Shown here one piece after another: positions 44,479 through 53,023 of a DNA stretch of 64,000 nt (the stretch's first letter is position 1; each line of letters starts with the position of its first letter). Source of the stretch: Armatimonadota bacterium. GTDB taxonomy: Bacteria; Sysuimicrobiota; Sysuimicrobiia; Sysuimicrobiales; Kaftiobacteriaceae. The position numbers and the translations under genes are program-made. The notes beneath the pieces are model-generated. The model did not search any database, was not told the origin of the DNA, and saw only the letters and a program-made list of their open reading frames with translations. The stretch is taken from NCBI GenBank assembly GCA_037440005.1, contig JBBIUY010000006.1, positions 32,001-96,000 on the forward strand, written 5' to 3'.

Positions 44479-44688
44479 ATGCCCGTTCTCAAACTCTACA
44501 TCGGCGACATAATCCAGACCCGCAAGACCCATCCCTGCGGCAGCGACCGCTGGGTCATCGAGCGGCTGGGCGCCGATGTGGGCATCCGCTGCCAAGGGTG
44601 CGGTCGCTACGTGCTGATGGAGCGCGCCCGGCTGGAGCGGCGCATCCGCAAGTTCATCAGCCGCCCCCAGGCGGAGCCCGAGCCGTGA
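44479..44688 (+). CDS. DUF951 family protein
   Basis: KTHPCGSDRW..GADVGIRCQGCGR; TATAAT at 44443. Confidence 0.88.
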   Translation: MPVLKLYIGDIIQTRKTHPCGSDRWVIERLGADVGIRCQGCGRYVLMERARLERRIRKFISRPQAEPEP

Positions 44689-44750
44689 CGGCGCCTGCGG
44701 CTCGTCGGAGCGAGTAAGCCCGCAGCGGGCGGGGCACAGGGTCGGATGGT

Positions 44751-47700
44751 ATGAACCTCTACGCCTGGGCCGTCGGGCTGGCCGGGTGGGCCGTGCTCCT
44801 GCCCCTGCTCCGGCTCACTCCTCTGCCGCCTCCCGAGCTGCTGGCGGCGTTCGCGCTGCTGGCCGTGGCCACCGAGTGGCTGCTGGTCCCCCTGCCCCGG
44901 GGCGGGTACCAGTCGGCCGGGCTGGCGGTGTCGGCGGCCGCCCTGCTCGTCCTGGGCCCGGCGCCTGCGGCCCTGGCGATGGCGGCGGGGGTGATGGTGG
45001 GCCACGGGCTGCTGCACCGCCGCTCGCTGTCCACCGTCGCCTTCAACGGGGGTCAGTACATCCTGGCCGTCTTAGCCGCCGGAGCCGCCTTCACCGCCGT
45101 CGACCCGCGGGTGGGGTGGCCTCCTGGGCCCCTCTACCAGGGCCGGGCCGACCTGGTCTTCTTCGCCGCCTTCTTTGCGGCCGTGGCCGCCCACGTCCTC
45201 ACCGGCAGCCTGTGCGTCAGCGGGATGGTCAGCCGCCTGCGCCGCGCCCCCTTCCTGGCGGTGTTCGGGGTCAACGTGGCGTGGGAGGCGGTCAACAATC
45301 TGGCCTTCGCCACCCTGGGATTGGTCCTGGCCCTCATCTACGTCCACGCCCTGCCGGTGAGCGCCGTGGTCCTGACGGCGCCCCTGCTGCTGATGGGGTA
45401 CATCCTGATGCTGCACACCGCCCGGGAGCAGGCCCGCCGGGAACTGGAGGTGGTCGAGCGCATCGGCCGGGCGTCGGCCACATTGGACCTGGAGCAGCTG
45501 TACCGCGCCATCTACGAGTCGGTGGCCGCCGTGATGCCCGCCGACGCCTTCTGCGTGGCCCTGTGCGACTACGAGAGGGCGGTCCTCAGGTACGACTTCG
45601 TGGTGGACCGCGGCCGGCGGGTGCCGCCCCAGGACGCGGTCCTCACCCCGCCGGTGCGGGACCTGCTGGCCGCCGGCATCCCGCGGCTGCTGACGGCGTC
45701 GGCCGGGGCGGCTGACGTCCCCGACCTGCTGCCCGGGGACCGCCGGGGCGGCCGGCCGGCCTCCACCCTGGCGGTGCCGATCCTGCGGGGAGCCCAGGCG
45801 GTAGGCCTGCTGGCGGTGTGCAGCGACACCGCGGGGGCTTACACCGGGCGGGACGCGCGATTGCTGGAAACCATCGCGACGCAGATCACCACCGCCATCG
45901 ACAACGCCCGCCTGTTCGACGCCACCCGCCGCAGCCTGGACCGCCTGACCACCCTCCAGCGGGTCGCCAACGCGGTGGCGGCCAGCCGGACGTTCGGCGA
46001 CGTGGTGGAGGCCATCATGGACGGCGCGCGCCAGGTCCTGGACGCCGACCGGTGCGCCATCTACCTGGGGACCGAACAGACGGGACTGACAGACGTCCAC
46101 GCCCACGGTCTGCCCGCGGAGTACCTGGAGGCTCTGCGCCAGGCGGTGCGCGGCCCGGTGGGCGGCCTGCCCATCAGCGTCCGGGAGCCCACGGTCATCG
46201 CCGACGCCGGCGCCGACCCCCGGACTCAGGCGTTTCGGGAGCAGCTGGGGGGCGACCGCCTGCCGGTTCTGGAGGAGGTGTGGCAGGCCATCAAGACCGT
46301 GGCCGTCCTGCCGTTGCTGCACCGGGGAGAGCTGCTCGGGGTGCTGGCCCTGTACCACAACCGCATCCGCCCCTACGACGCCGAGGACCTGCGCCTGGCC
46401 CAGGCCCTGGCCGACCAGACGGCCGTGGCCGTCACGAACATCACCCTGCTGCAGCAGGCCGAGCGGCGGGCCGCCGAGGTGGACGTCACCAACCGCATCC
46501 TGTCCACCGTCACCGGCACTCTGGACCCGCAGGACATGTTCCGCCGGATCGTGGAGGAAGTGGCCCGGGCCTTCGGCTACTCCCGCGTCAGCATCCACCG
46601 GCTGGAGGGGGACTACCTGATCCTGCAGGCCCAGGTGGGCTATCCCGAGGTGCAGGAGAAGATCCACGTGACCAAGGGGATCGTGGGGCGCGCGGCCCGC
46701 ACCGGCAGGCCGGTCCTGGTGCCCGACGTGACCCGGGACCGGGACTACATCATGGCCGACCCGGCCGTCCGCAGCGAGGTGGCGGTGCCCATCGAGGCGG
46801 AGGGGCGGGTGCTGGGCGTGCTCAACGTCGAGGCCGACGCCTCCCGGACCCTCACCGAGGCCGACGTGGGCCTGCTGCAGCCCCTGGCCGGCCAGCTGGG
46901 GGTGCTGCTGCGCAACGCCACCCTCTTCGACGAGGCCCGGCGGGCCCGGGACGAGATCACGGTGCTGTACGAGGCCGCCAAGGCCACCAGCGCCAGCCTG
47001 GAGCTGGAGACGGTCCTCAACAACCTGGTGCAGGTGACCTGCCAGGCGTTCGGCTACGAGCAGGGCGCCCTGCTGCTGCTGGACGAGCGCAGCGGCGACC
47101 TGGTGGTGGAGGCCATCTACGGCTACGCCCCCGGCACCCGCGGCTACCGCATCCCCGCCGGCAAGGGGGTCACGGGCTGGGTGGCCCGGACCGGCAAGCC
47201 GGAGATCGTGGCCGACGTGCGCAAGGACCCGCGCTACATCGGGGTCAACGACCAGGTGCGCAGCGAGATCGCCGTGCCGCTGATCAGCGAGGGGCGGGTC
47301 ATCGGCGTGTTCAACGTGGAAAGCCCCCGCCGGGGCGCGTTCGGCGACCGGGACCTGCGGGTGCTCACGGCCCTGGCGGGCTACGCCGCCATCGCCATCG
47401 AGAACGCCCGGCTGTTCGAGCGCACCAAGCGCCTGGCCATCACCGACGGGCTGACCGAGCTGTACAACCACCGCTACCTGCACGAGACCCTGGAGCGCAC
47501 CCTCGAGCGCTGCCGCCGGGACGGGCAGCCCCTGGCGGTCGTCATGCTGGAGATCGACAGCTTCAAGCGGTACAACGACACCTACGGCCACCAGCGCGGC
47601 GACGAGGTGCTGCGGGTGGTGGCGGACCTGCTGCGCCGGGGCAGCCGGGCCGGAGACATCGTGGCCCGGTACGGCGGCGACGAGTTCATGATCGTCCTGC

Positions 47701-47954
47701 CCAACACCACCAAGGAGGCCGCCGCCGAGATCGCCGAGCGCCTGAGGCGGGCCGTGGAGGCCTATCCGTTCCTGCTGGGCGGCGCGACTCCGGCCCCGGT
47801 GACCCTCAGCGTGGGCGTGGCGGCCAGCCCGGAAGATGGCGCCACCGTGGACGCCCTGGTGGACGCCGTGGACCGCGCCCAGTACAGCGCCAAGCGGTCG
47901 GGAGGCAACAGGGTGCACGTCGCCCGCCCGGCCGCCGGACAGGTCCGCGGCTGA
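44751..47954 (+). CDS. Diguanylate cyclase: multi-TM sensor, four GAF domains, GGDEF
   Basis: TDGLTELYNHR, NDTYGHQRGD, RAGD I-site, RYGGDEF; repeated AIENARLF-type GAF ends. Confidence 0.93.
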   Translation: MNLYAWAVGLAGWAVLLPLLRLTPLPPPELLAAFALLAVATEWLLVPLPRGGYQSAGLAVSAAALLVLGPAPAALAMAAGVMVGHGLLHRRSLSTVAFNGGQYILAVLAAGAAFTAVDPRVGWPPGPLYQGRADLVFFAAFFAAVAAHVLTGSLCVSGMVSRLRRAPFLAVFGVNVAWEAVNNLAFATLGLVLALIYVHALPVSAVVLTAPLLLMGYILMLHTAREQARRELEVVERIGRASATLDLEQLYRAIYESVAAVMPADAFCVALCDYERAVLRYDFVVDRGRRVPPQDAVLTPPVRDLLAAGIPRLLTASAGAADVPDLLPGDRRGGRPASTLAVPILRGAQAVGLLAVCSDTAGAYTGRDARLLETIATQITTAIDNARLFDATRRSLDRLTTLQRVANAVAASRTFGDVVEAIMDGARQVLDADRCAIYLGTEQTGLTDVHAHGLPAEYLEALRQAVRGPVGGLPISVREPTVIADAGADPRTQAFREQLGGDRLPVLEEVWQAIKTVAVLPLLHRGELLGVLALYHNRIRPYDAEDLRLAQALADQTAVAVTNITLLQQAERRAAEVDVTNRILSTVTGTLDPQDMFRRIVEEVARAFGYSRVSIHRLEGDYLILQAQVGYPEVQEKIHVTKGIVGRAARTGRPVLVPDVTRDRDYIMADPAVRSEVAVPIEAEGRVLGVLNVEADASRTLTEADVGLLQPLAGQLGVLLRNATLFDEARRARDEITVLYEAAKATSASLELETVLNNLVQVTCQAFGYEQGALLLLDERSGDLVVEAIYGYAPGTRGYRIPAGKGVTGWVARTGKPEIVADVRKDPRYIGVNDQVRSEIAVPLISEGRVIGVFNVESPRRGAFGDRDLRVLTALAGYAAIAIENARLFERTKRLAITDGLTELYNHRYLHETLERTLERCRRDGQPLAVVMLEIDSFKRYNDTYGHQRGDEVLRVVADLLRRGSRAGDIVARYGGDEFMIVLPNTTKEAAAEIAERLRRAVEAYPFLLGGATPAPVTLSVGVAASPEDGATVDALVDAVDRAQYSAKRSGGNRVHVARPAAGQVRG

Positions 47955-48017
47955 CGGCCGGCGAACCCGGCCCCCGGGGGCGGAACGGCGTCGGCCGGTG
48001 ACCGTCTCGCCCCGACC

Positions 48018-49109
48018 ATGGCCCTCTCGGTCGGCATCGTCGGCCTGCCCAACGCCGGCAAGTCCAGCCTCTTTGTCGCCCTCACCAGGGCGGCGGCGGC
48101 GGTGGCCCCGTATCCCTTCACGACCGTCGAGCCGCACCGGGGCGTGGTGCCGGTGCCCGACCCGCGCCTGGCGGCCATCGCCGCGGTCACCCGCCCCGTC
48201 CGCGTGGTGCCGGCCACCCTGGAGGTGGTGGACATCGCGGGGCTGGTGCGGGGCGCCCACCGGGGCGAGGGGTTGGGCAACCAGTTCCTGGCCCACATCC
48301 GCGACGTGGACGCCCTGGCCCACGTGGTGCGCTGCTTTGCGTCCCCCGACATCCCCCACGTGGAAGGCACTCCCGATCCCTGGCGGGACCTGGAGATCGT
48401 GGACCTCGAGCTGGCCCTGGCCGACCTGGCCGCCGTGGAGCGGGAACGGGAGCGGGCCCGCGGGCGCGCGCGGTTGCGGGATCCGGAGGCGGCCGCGGCG
48501 GCGGACGCGCTGGAGGAGGTCCGGCAGGCCCTGCAGCGAGGCATTCCGGTCCGGCTCCTGCCGGCCGACCCCCGCCGGGAGGAGGTCGTGCGGCCTCTGC
48601 GCCTGCTCACCGCCAAGCCGGTGGTGTACGTGGCCAACGTGGCCGACGCCGACCTGCCCGACGCCCCCTCCGCCGAGCCCGTCCGCCGGTACGCCCGGGA
48701 GCGGGAGGCGCCGGTGGTGGTCCTGTCGGCCAAGCTGGAGATGGAGGCGGCGGATCTGTCCCCTGTCGAAGGCGCCCAGGTCCTGCGGGCCTACGGGGTT
48801 GGCGAGCCCGGTCTGGCGCAGCTGGTGCGGGCGGCCTACCGGCTGCTGGGGCTGGTGACGTTTTTCACCACCGCCTCCCGGGAGGTGCGGGCGTGGCTGG
48901 TGCCCGAGGGGACCACCGCCCCGCAGGCCGCCGGGCGCATCCACTCGGACATGGAGCGGGGATTTATCCGCGCCGAGGTGATCGGGTGGGAGGCGCTGGT
49001 GGCGGCGGGGTCCCTGCAGGCGGCGCGGGAGAGGGGCCTGGTGCGCCTGGAAGGCCGGTCCTACGTGGTAAGGGACGGCGACGTGGTCCTGTTCCGGTTT
49101 GCCGTCTGA
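48018..49109 (+). CDS. ychF: Ribosome-binding ATPase YchF
   Basis: GLPNAGKS, DIAGLV, GEGLGNQFL, IHSDMERGFIRAE. Confidence 0.96.
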   Translation: MALSVGIVGLPNAGKSSLFVALTRAAAAVAPYPFTTVEPHRGVVPVPDPRLAAIAAVTRPVRVVPATLEVVDIAGLVRGAHRGEGLGNQFLAHIRDVDALAHVVRCFASPDIPHVEGTPDPWRDLEIVDLELALADLAAVERERERARGRARLRDPEAAAAADALEEVRQALQRGIPVRLLPADPRREEVVRPLRLLTAKPVVYVANVADADLPDAPSAEPVRRYAREREAPVVVLSAKLEMEAADLSPVEGAQVLRAYGVGEPGLAQLVRAAYRLLGLVTFFTTASREVRAWLVPEGTTAPQAAGRIHSDMERGFIRAEVIGWEALVAAGSLQAARERGLVRLEGRSYVVRDGDVVLFRFAV

Positions 49110-49128
49110 GGCAAAGTACGCCGGCCCC

Positions 49129-50222
49129 TGTCAAGCCGTCCATAGCTGTTACCGAGATAGCCATCGTCGCGCCACCGAAGGTGTTACCGAGGGGTCTCGC
49201 GGCGTGAAGCGGGCGGGGCCGCCTCCCACGGCGAGGGGGCTTCCCCGGTGGCGGGAGATGTCCGGGTGGACTGTCCGTTCGGAGGCGGCGGAGGTGGGGG
49301 CAGAAGGCCGGCTGGCCAGGCGGAAGATGCGGGCGAGTTTGCGCTGGATGGCCTCCGCCAGGGCAAAGGGGTCCAGGTGCTGGCGCAGGTTCTGGAGAGC
49401 CTGGAGCCTGGCTGGGTCGCCGTGGCCGGAGGCGAGGAAGCGGTCCAGCGGGGTCTGGGGGTGGTCGTAGAGGCGCTGCAGCCGGGAGCCGACGCGGACT
49501 GTCCGGAGCAGTTTCACCGAGGGCTGGGAGAGGTTCATCATGAGGCGCCACTCATGGCGGTAGAGGTCGTTGATGGCCGCGCAGGCTTCCGGGGTGGCGT
49601 AGCGGACCCAGCCCAGGAGCTTGCGGACGTGGGTCCAGTTTTTCTGCTCGACGTGGGCGTGGTGGTGTCCCAGCGGTCGGCCTGAATGGGGATGTGGTGC
49701 TTGAGCAGCGTCCCGGGCTTGGTGCGGCTGTACGGGCGCCGGCGGAGCTGCTGTTTGTAGGGCTGCAGCCGGCGGTCGATGGTGCGGGGGCTGATGGTCA
49801 GGAGCTGGTGCGCCACCTCTGGGGGGATGGTCCAGCGGCGCGCGGCCCAGGGCAGCCACAGCGGCAGGAGGGCTGTGAGGCGAACCGACCAGGGGAAGCC
49901 CGCCTCCCAGACGGCCTTGAGCACGCGCAGGGTCTGGTCCCCATAGGTCCGGGGGGAGCGGCGGCGGCGCGGGGGCCGGGGGGCGGTCCGGTCAGGACCC
50001 GGATGGCCGCCTTGCGGTGGTAGCCCAGGGTGGCACAGAATTCGTCCAGGATCTGGCTTTTGGCCGCTTTGGAGGCCTGGGCATAGCGCCGGCGGACGGT
50101 CTGGATGTACTCCCGCTTGGACGTGGGGCTCATAGGCGCGCTCCGGGGAAAAGGGCACTTTTCGGTAACAGTTTCCGTGGCGAGACGACAGCCCCTTCGG
50201 TAACAGTTTAGATGGCGCGATT
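49129..50222 (-). mobile_element. Decayed IS element (rve-type DDE; IS481-like or unclassified)
   Basis: Imperfect ~60-bp terminal inverted repeats (49129-49190, 50161-50222), each with two TCGGTAACA motifs; left end begins TGTCAA. Confidence 0.8.
49149..50133 (-). pseudogene. Frameshifted, internally deleted transposase
   Basis: Three frames needed: ILDEFCATLGYHRKAAIRVL / ISPRTIDRRL..TKPGTLLKHHIPI / AHVEQKNWTHVRKLLG; catalytic core appears missing. Confidence 0.85.
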
Positions 50223-50250
50223 CGGCGGCTTCCCCCGCCCGGCGGCCGGG

Positions 50251-50315
50251 TGCTATAATTGGTTGGCTCAGATAGACCCCGTCCCTGCAGGGGGTTGCCT
50301 TCCGGAGGCGCAGGT
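50251..50315 (+). promoter_or_regulatory. rpsF promoter (extended -10) and structured leader
   Basis: TGCTATAAT 50251-50259; GCCT..AGGC hairpin covering the GGAGG SD. Confidence 0.55.
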
Positions 50316-50657
50316 GTGAAGAGTTACGACCTGGTGTACATCGTCCGGCCCGACCTGGAACCGGATGCGCTGCGGGCCGTGGTGGATCGCATCGCCCAGC
50401 GGATCCAGGAGCACGGCGGGCAGGTGGAGGTCACCGACGTCTGGGGGAAGCGCAAGATGGCGTACCCCATCCGCCGGTACCGGGAGGGCGTCTACGTGCA
50501 TACCCGCTTCACCCTGGATCCGCACAAGGTGGCCGAGGTCAAGCGGGCGGCCGCCCTGACCGAGGACGTGCTGCGGGCCGTGGTCACGGCGGCCGTGGGT
50601 AAGGTGCCCGAGGGGGCGGCGGCCGGGGCACAGGCCGCCCGGCCCGCGGAGGCGTGA
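50316..50657 (+). CDS. rpsF: 30S ribosomal protein S6
   Basis: YDLVYIVRPDL, WGKRKMAYPI. Confidence 0.96.
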   Translation: MKSYDLVYIVRPDLEPDALRAVVDRIAQRIQEHGGQVEVTDVWGKRKMAYPIRRYREGVYVHTRFTLDPHKVAEVKRAAALTEDVLRAVVTAAVGKVPEGAAAGAQAARPAEA

Positions 50658-50662
50658 GGGGA

Positions 50663-51058
50663 GTGTACAACCGCATCATCCTGATCGGTCGGCTGACCCG
50701 GGACCCCGAACTGCGCTACGTCCCCAGCGGGCAGCCGGTGGCCAGCTTCACCCTGGCGGTGGACCGGCCGTTTGTCAACCAGCAGGGCGAGCGCGGCACC
50801 GACTTCATCGACGTGGTGGCCTGGCGCCGGCTGGCCGAGCAGGTGAGCCAGCACCTGAGCAAGGGGCGCCTGGTGGCGGTGGAAGGTCGGTTGCAGATCC
50901 GGTCCTACGAGACCCAGGACGGGCAGAAGCGCAAGGTGGCCGAGGTTGTGGCCGACGCCGTGCGCTTCCTGGACCGCAAGGCGGCCGGGCCGGAGGCGGC
51001 GGTCCCGGAGGTGGAACCGCCTGCCGCCGAGGCTGCCGACGACGACGTCCCGTTCTAG
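50663..51058 (+). CDS. ssb: Single-stranded DNA-binding protein
   Basis: [18 protein letters not shown]-terminal DDDVPF. Confidence 0.97.
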   Translation: MYNRIILIGRLTRDPELRYVPSGQPVASFTLAVDRPFVNQQGERGTDFIDVVAWRRLAEQVSQHLSKGRLVAVEGRLQIRSYETQDGQKRKVAEVVADAVRFLDRKAAGPEAAVPEVEPPAAEAADDDVPF

Positions 51059-51089
51059 CGGGCGGTCCGGAGGCGGGCGCGGAGGAGTC

Positions 51090-51347
51090 ATGGCTGACGG
51101 GAAGAGCAAGTCGGGTAAGAAGGAGTGGCGGGGCCGCCGGCCCAAGCGCAAGAACTGCACGTTCTGCGCCGAGAAGGCCGAGGTCATCGACTACAAGGAC
51201 GTCACGCGCCTGCGCCGGTTCGTCACCGAGCGGGGGAAGATCCTGCCCCGGCGCGTCTCCGGCAACTGCGCGCGCCACCAGCGGGCCCTGGCGGTGGCCA
51301 TCAAGCGCGCCCGGGAACTGGCGCTGCTGCCCTACACGTCTGAGTGA
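51090..51347 (+). CDS. rpsR: 30S ribosomal protein S18 (Zn-binding form)
   Basis: CTFC, IDYKD, GKILPRR, CARHQR. Confidence 0.97.
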   Translation: MADGKSKSGKKEWRGRRPKRKNCTFCAEKAEVIDYKDVTRLRRFVTERGKILPRRVSGNCARHQRALAVAIKRARELALLPYTSE

Positions 51348-51456
51348 GACGGAGGGGGTCGGGGGCCCGCTCCGGCGGGTCCTCCCCGAATCCCGGGGAT
51401 CGTCCGCCGGCACCGGGTGAGGGGCCTGGGGACGCCGGACCCCGTTGGTGAGCCCT

Positions 51457-52542
51457 ATGGCGCGCGCCCTTCCCGTCCGCGGACTGACCGAGGGAGCCAT
51501 CCTGGCCGCCGTGGCGGCGGTGCTGGCCCTGGCCGCCCACTACCTGCCGGTGGCCGGGGCGGCGGCGTTCTTCCTGTGCCCGCTCCCGCTGGTCGTCCTG
51601 GTGGTCCGCCACGGCCTCCGGGTGGCCGTGCTGGCCGCGGCGGTGGCCGCCGCCATCGGGACCCTGGTGGGAGGGCTGCTCATCGGCCTCAGCATTCTGG
51701 TGGCGTTCGCCCCCCTGGGCCTGGCCATGGGCTGGGCCGTGCGGCGGGGGTGGGCGGGCGGGGCGGTGTGGCTGCTGACCTGGGGCGTCGCCGTGGCCTC
51801 GGCGGTGGCCAGCGTCGGCATCGCCATGGTGGGGGTGGGCGTGGACCCCCGCCAGGTGCTGCTGGAGACGATCCAGCAGACCCGCAGCAGCCAGGAAGCG
51901 GCGATGGGCCTGTACGCCCGGCTGGGGCTGGATACCCCGCAGGTGCGCCAGGCGGCGGAGCAGATGCAGCGGATGATGGACCTGCTGCCCCGGCTGCTGC
52001 CGCTGCTGTTCGTGCTGTCGGGCGCCCTGAGCGCCTACCTGAACCTGGTGGTCGGCCGGGCGGTGCTGCGGCGGATCCGGATCGACGTCCCGGCGCTGCC
52101 GCCGGCGTCGGCCTGGAGGCTGCCCTCCTGGTTCCTGTGGACGCTGCCGGCGGGGCTGGGCCTGCAGCTGGGAGCCTGGGCGGCGACGGTGCCGGTGCAG
52201 GTCCCCGGAGCGGTCCTGCGGCGGCTGCCCCCCGACGACGTGCGGGCGGTGCTGGCCCAGCCGGTGACCCGCTACCCCCTGCTGGAGACGCTGGGGTTGA
52301 ACGTGATCATCCTCGCCCAGCTGGTGTTCTCGGCGCTGGGGCTGATCACGGCGTGGGTGCTGATGGACCGGTACCGGCTGCCGCGCTGGTACCGGGTGGT
52401 GCTGCTGGTCCTGGCCGCCGCCACGCCGGTGCTGAGCCTGGCGGTCTTAGTCCTGGGGCTGGCCGATGTGGCCTTCGACCTGCGGCGCCGATGGCGGTCG
52501 GAGACGCCAGCCTCGGGGGCGGAGGTGCGGGGAGCGCGATGA
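51457..52542 (+). CDS. DUF2232 / YybS-like membrane protein
   Basis: LTEGAILAA N-terminus, LGLAD..FDLR C-terminus; between rpsR and rplI. Confidence 0.85.
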   Translation: MARALPVRGLTEGAILAAVAAVLALAAHYLPVAGAAAFFLCPLPLVVLVVRHGLRVAVLAAAVAAAIGTLVGGLLIGLSILVAFAPLGLAMGWAVRRGWAGGAVWLLTWGVAVASAVASVGIAMVGVGVDPRQVLLETIQQTRSSQEAAMGLYARLGLDTPQVRQAAEQMQRMMDLLPRLLPLLFVLSGALSAYLNLVVGRAVLRRIRIDVPALPPASAWRLPSWFLWTLPAGLGLQLGAWAATVPVQVPGAVLRRLPPDDVRAVLAQPVTRYPLLETLGLNVIILAQLVFSALGLITAWVLMDRYRLPRWYRVVLLVLAAATPVLSLAVLVLGLADVAFDLRRRWRSETPASGAEVRGAR

Positions 52543-52985
52543 AGGTGGTCCTGCTGGCCGACGTGCGGGGGCTGGGTCGCGCGGGAGAGGTGGTCGAGGT
52601 CAAAGACGGGTACGCCCGCAACTACCTGCTGCCCCGGGGCCTGGCCGCCGAGGCGACCGCGGGCCGGGTGCGGGAGATGCAGGACCACCAGCAGGCCCGC
52701 GCCCGGCGTCAGGAGCGGGAGCGGGAGGAGGCCGCGCGCCTGGCGGCGGCCCTGGAGGGGGTGGCGGTGGACCTGCGCGCCCGGGCCGGCGAGGGAGGCC
52801 GCCTGTTCGGGTCCGTCACCGCGGCCGATGTCGCCGAGGCGCTGGCCGCCCGGGGGTTTGCGGTGTCCAAGCGGCAGGTGGAGCTGGACGAGCCCATCAA
52901 GGCCGTCGGCACCTACACGGTGCCGGTGCGGATCGCCCCGGGCGTGGTGGCCCGGGTGCAGGTGAACGTGGTGGCCGCCCGCTGA
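52539..52985 (+). CDS. rplI: 50S ribosomal protein L9
   Basis: MKVVLLADV, VKDGYARNYLLP, LFGSVT. Confidence 0.97.
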   Translation: MKVVLLADVRGLGRAGEVVEVKDGYARNYLLPRGLAAEATAGRVREMQDHQQARARRQEREREEAARLAAALEGVAVDLRARAGEGGRLFGSVTAADVAEALAARGFAVSKRQVELDEPIKAVGTYTVPVRIAPGVVARVQVNVVAAR

Positions 52986-53023
52986 TCCGCCCCGGCGGTC
53001 GCCGCGGCGGGAGACGTGTCGCC

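Noticed and set aside
45072..48944. 1290-aa minus-strand ORF
   Set aside because: Antisense shadow of the cyclase and ychF
49140..50215. TCGGTAACA repeats as a CRISPR array
   Set aside because: Two short copies at each end in inverted orientation around a transposase relic; no cas genes
51348..51456. GC hairpins after rpsR as an ncRNA
   Set aside because: Short GC stems are expected by chance at this composition; no U-tract or known motif
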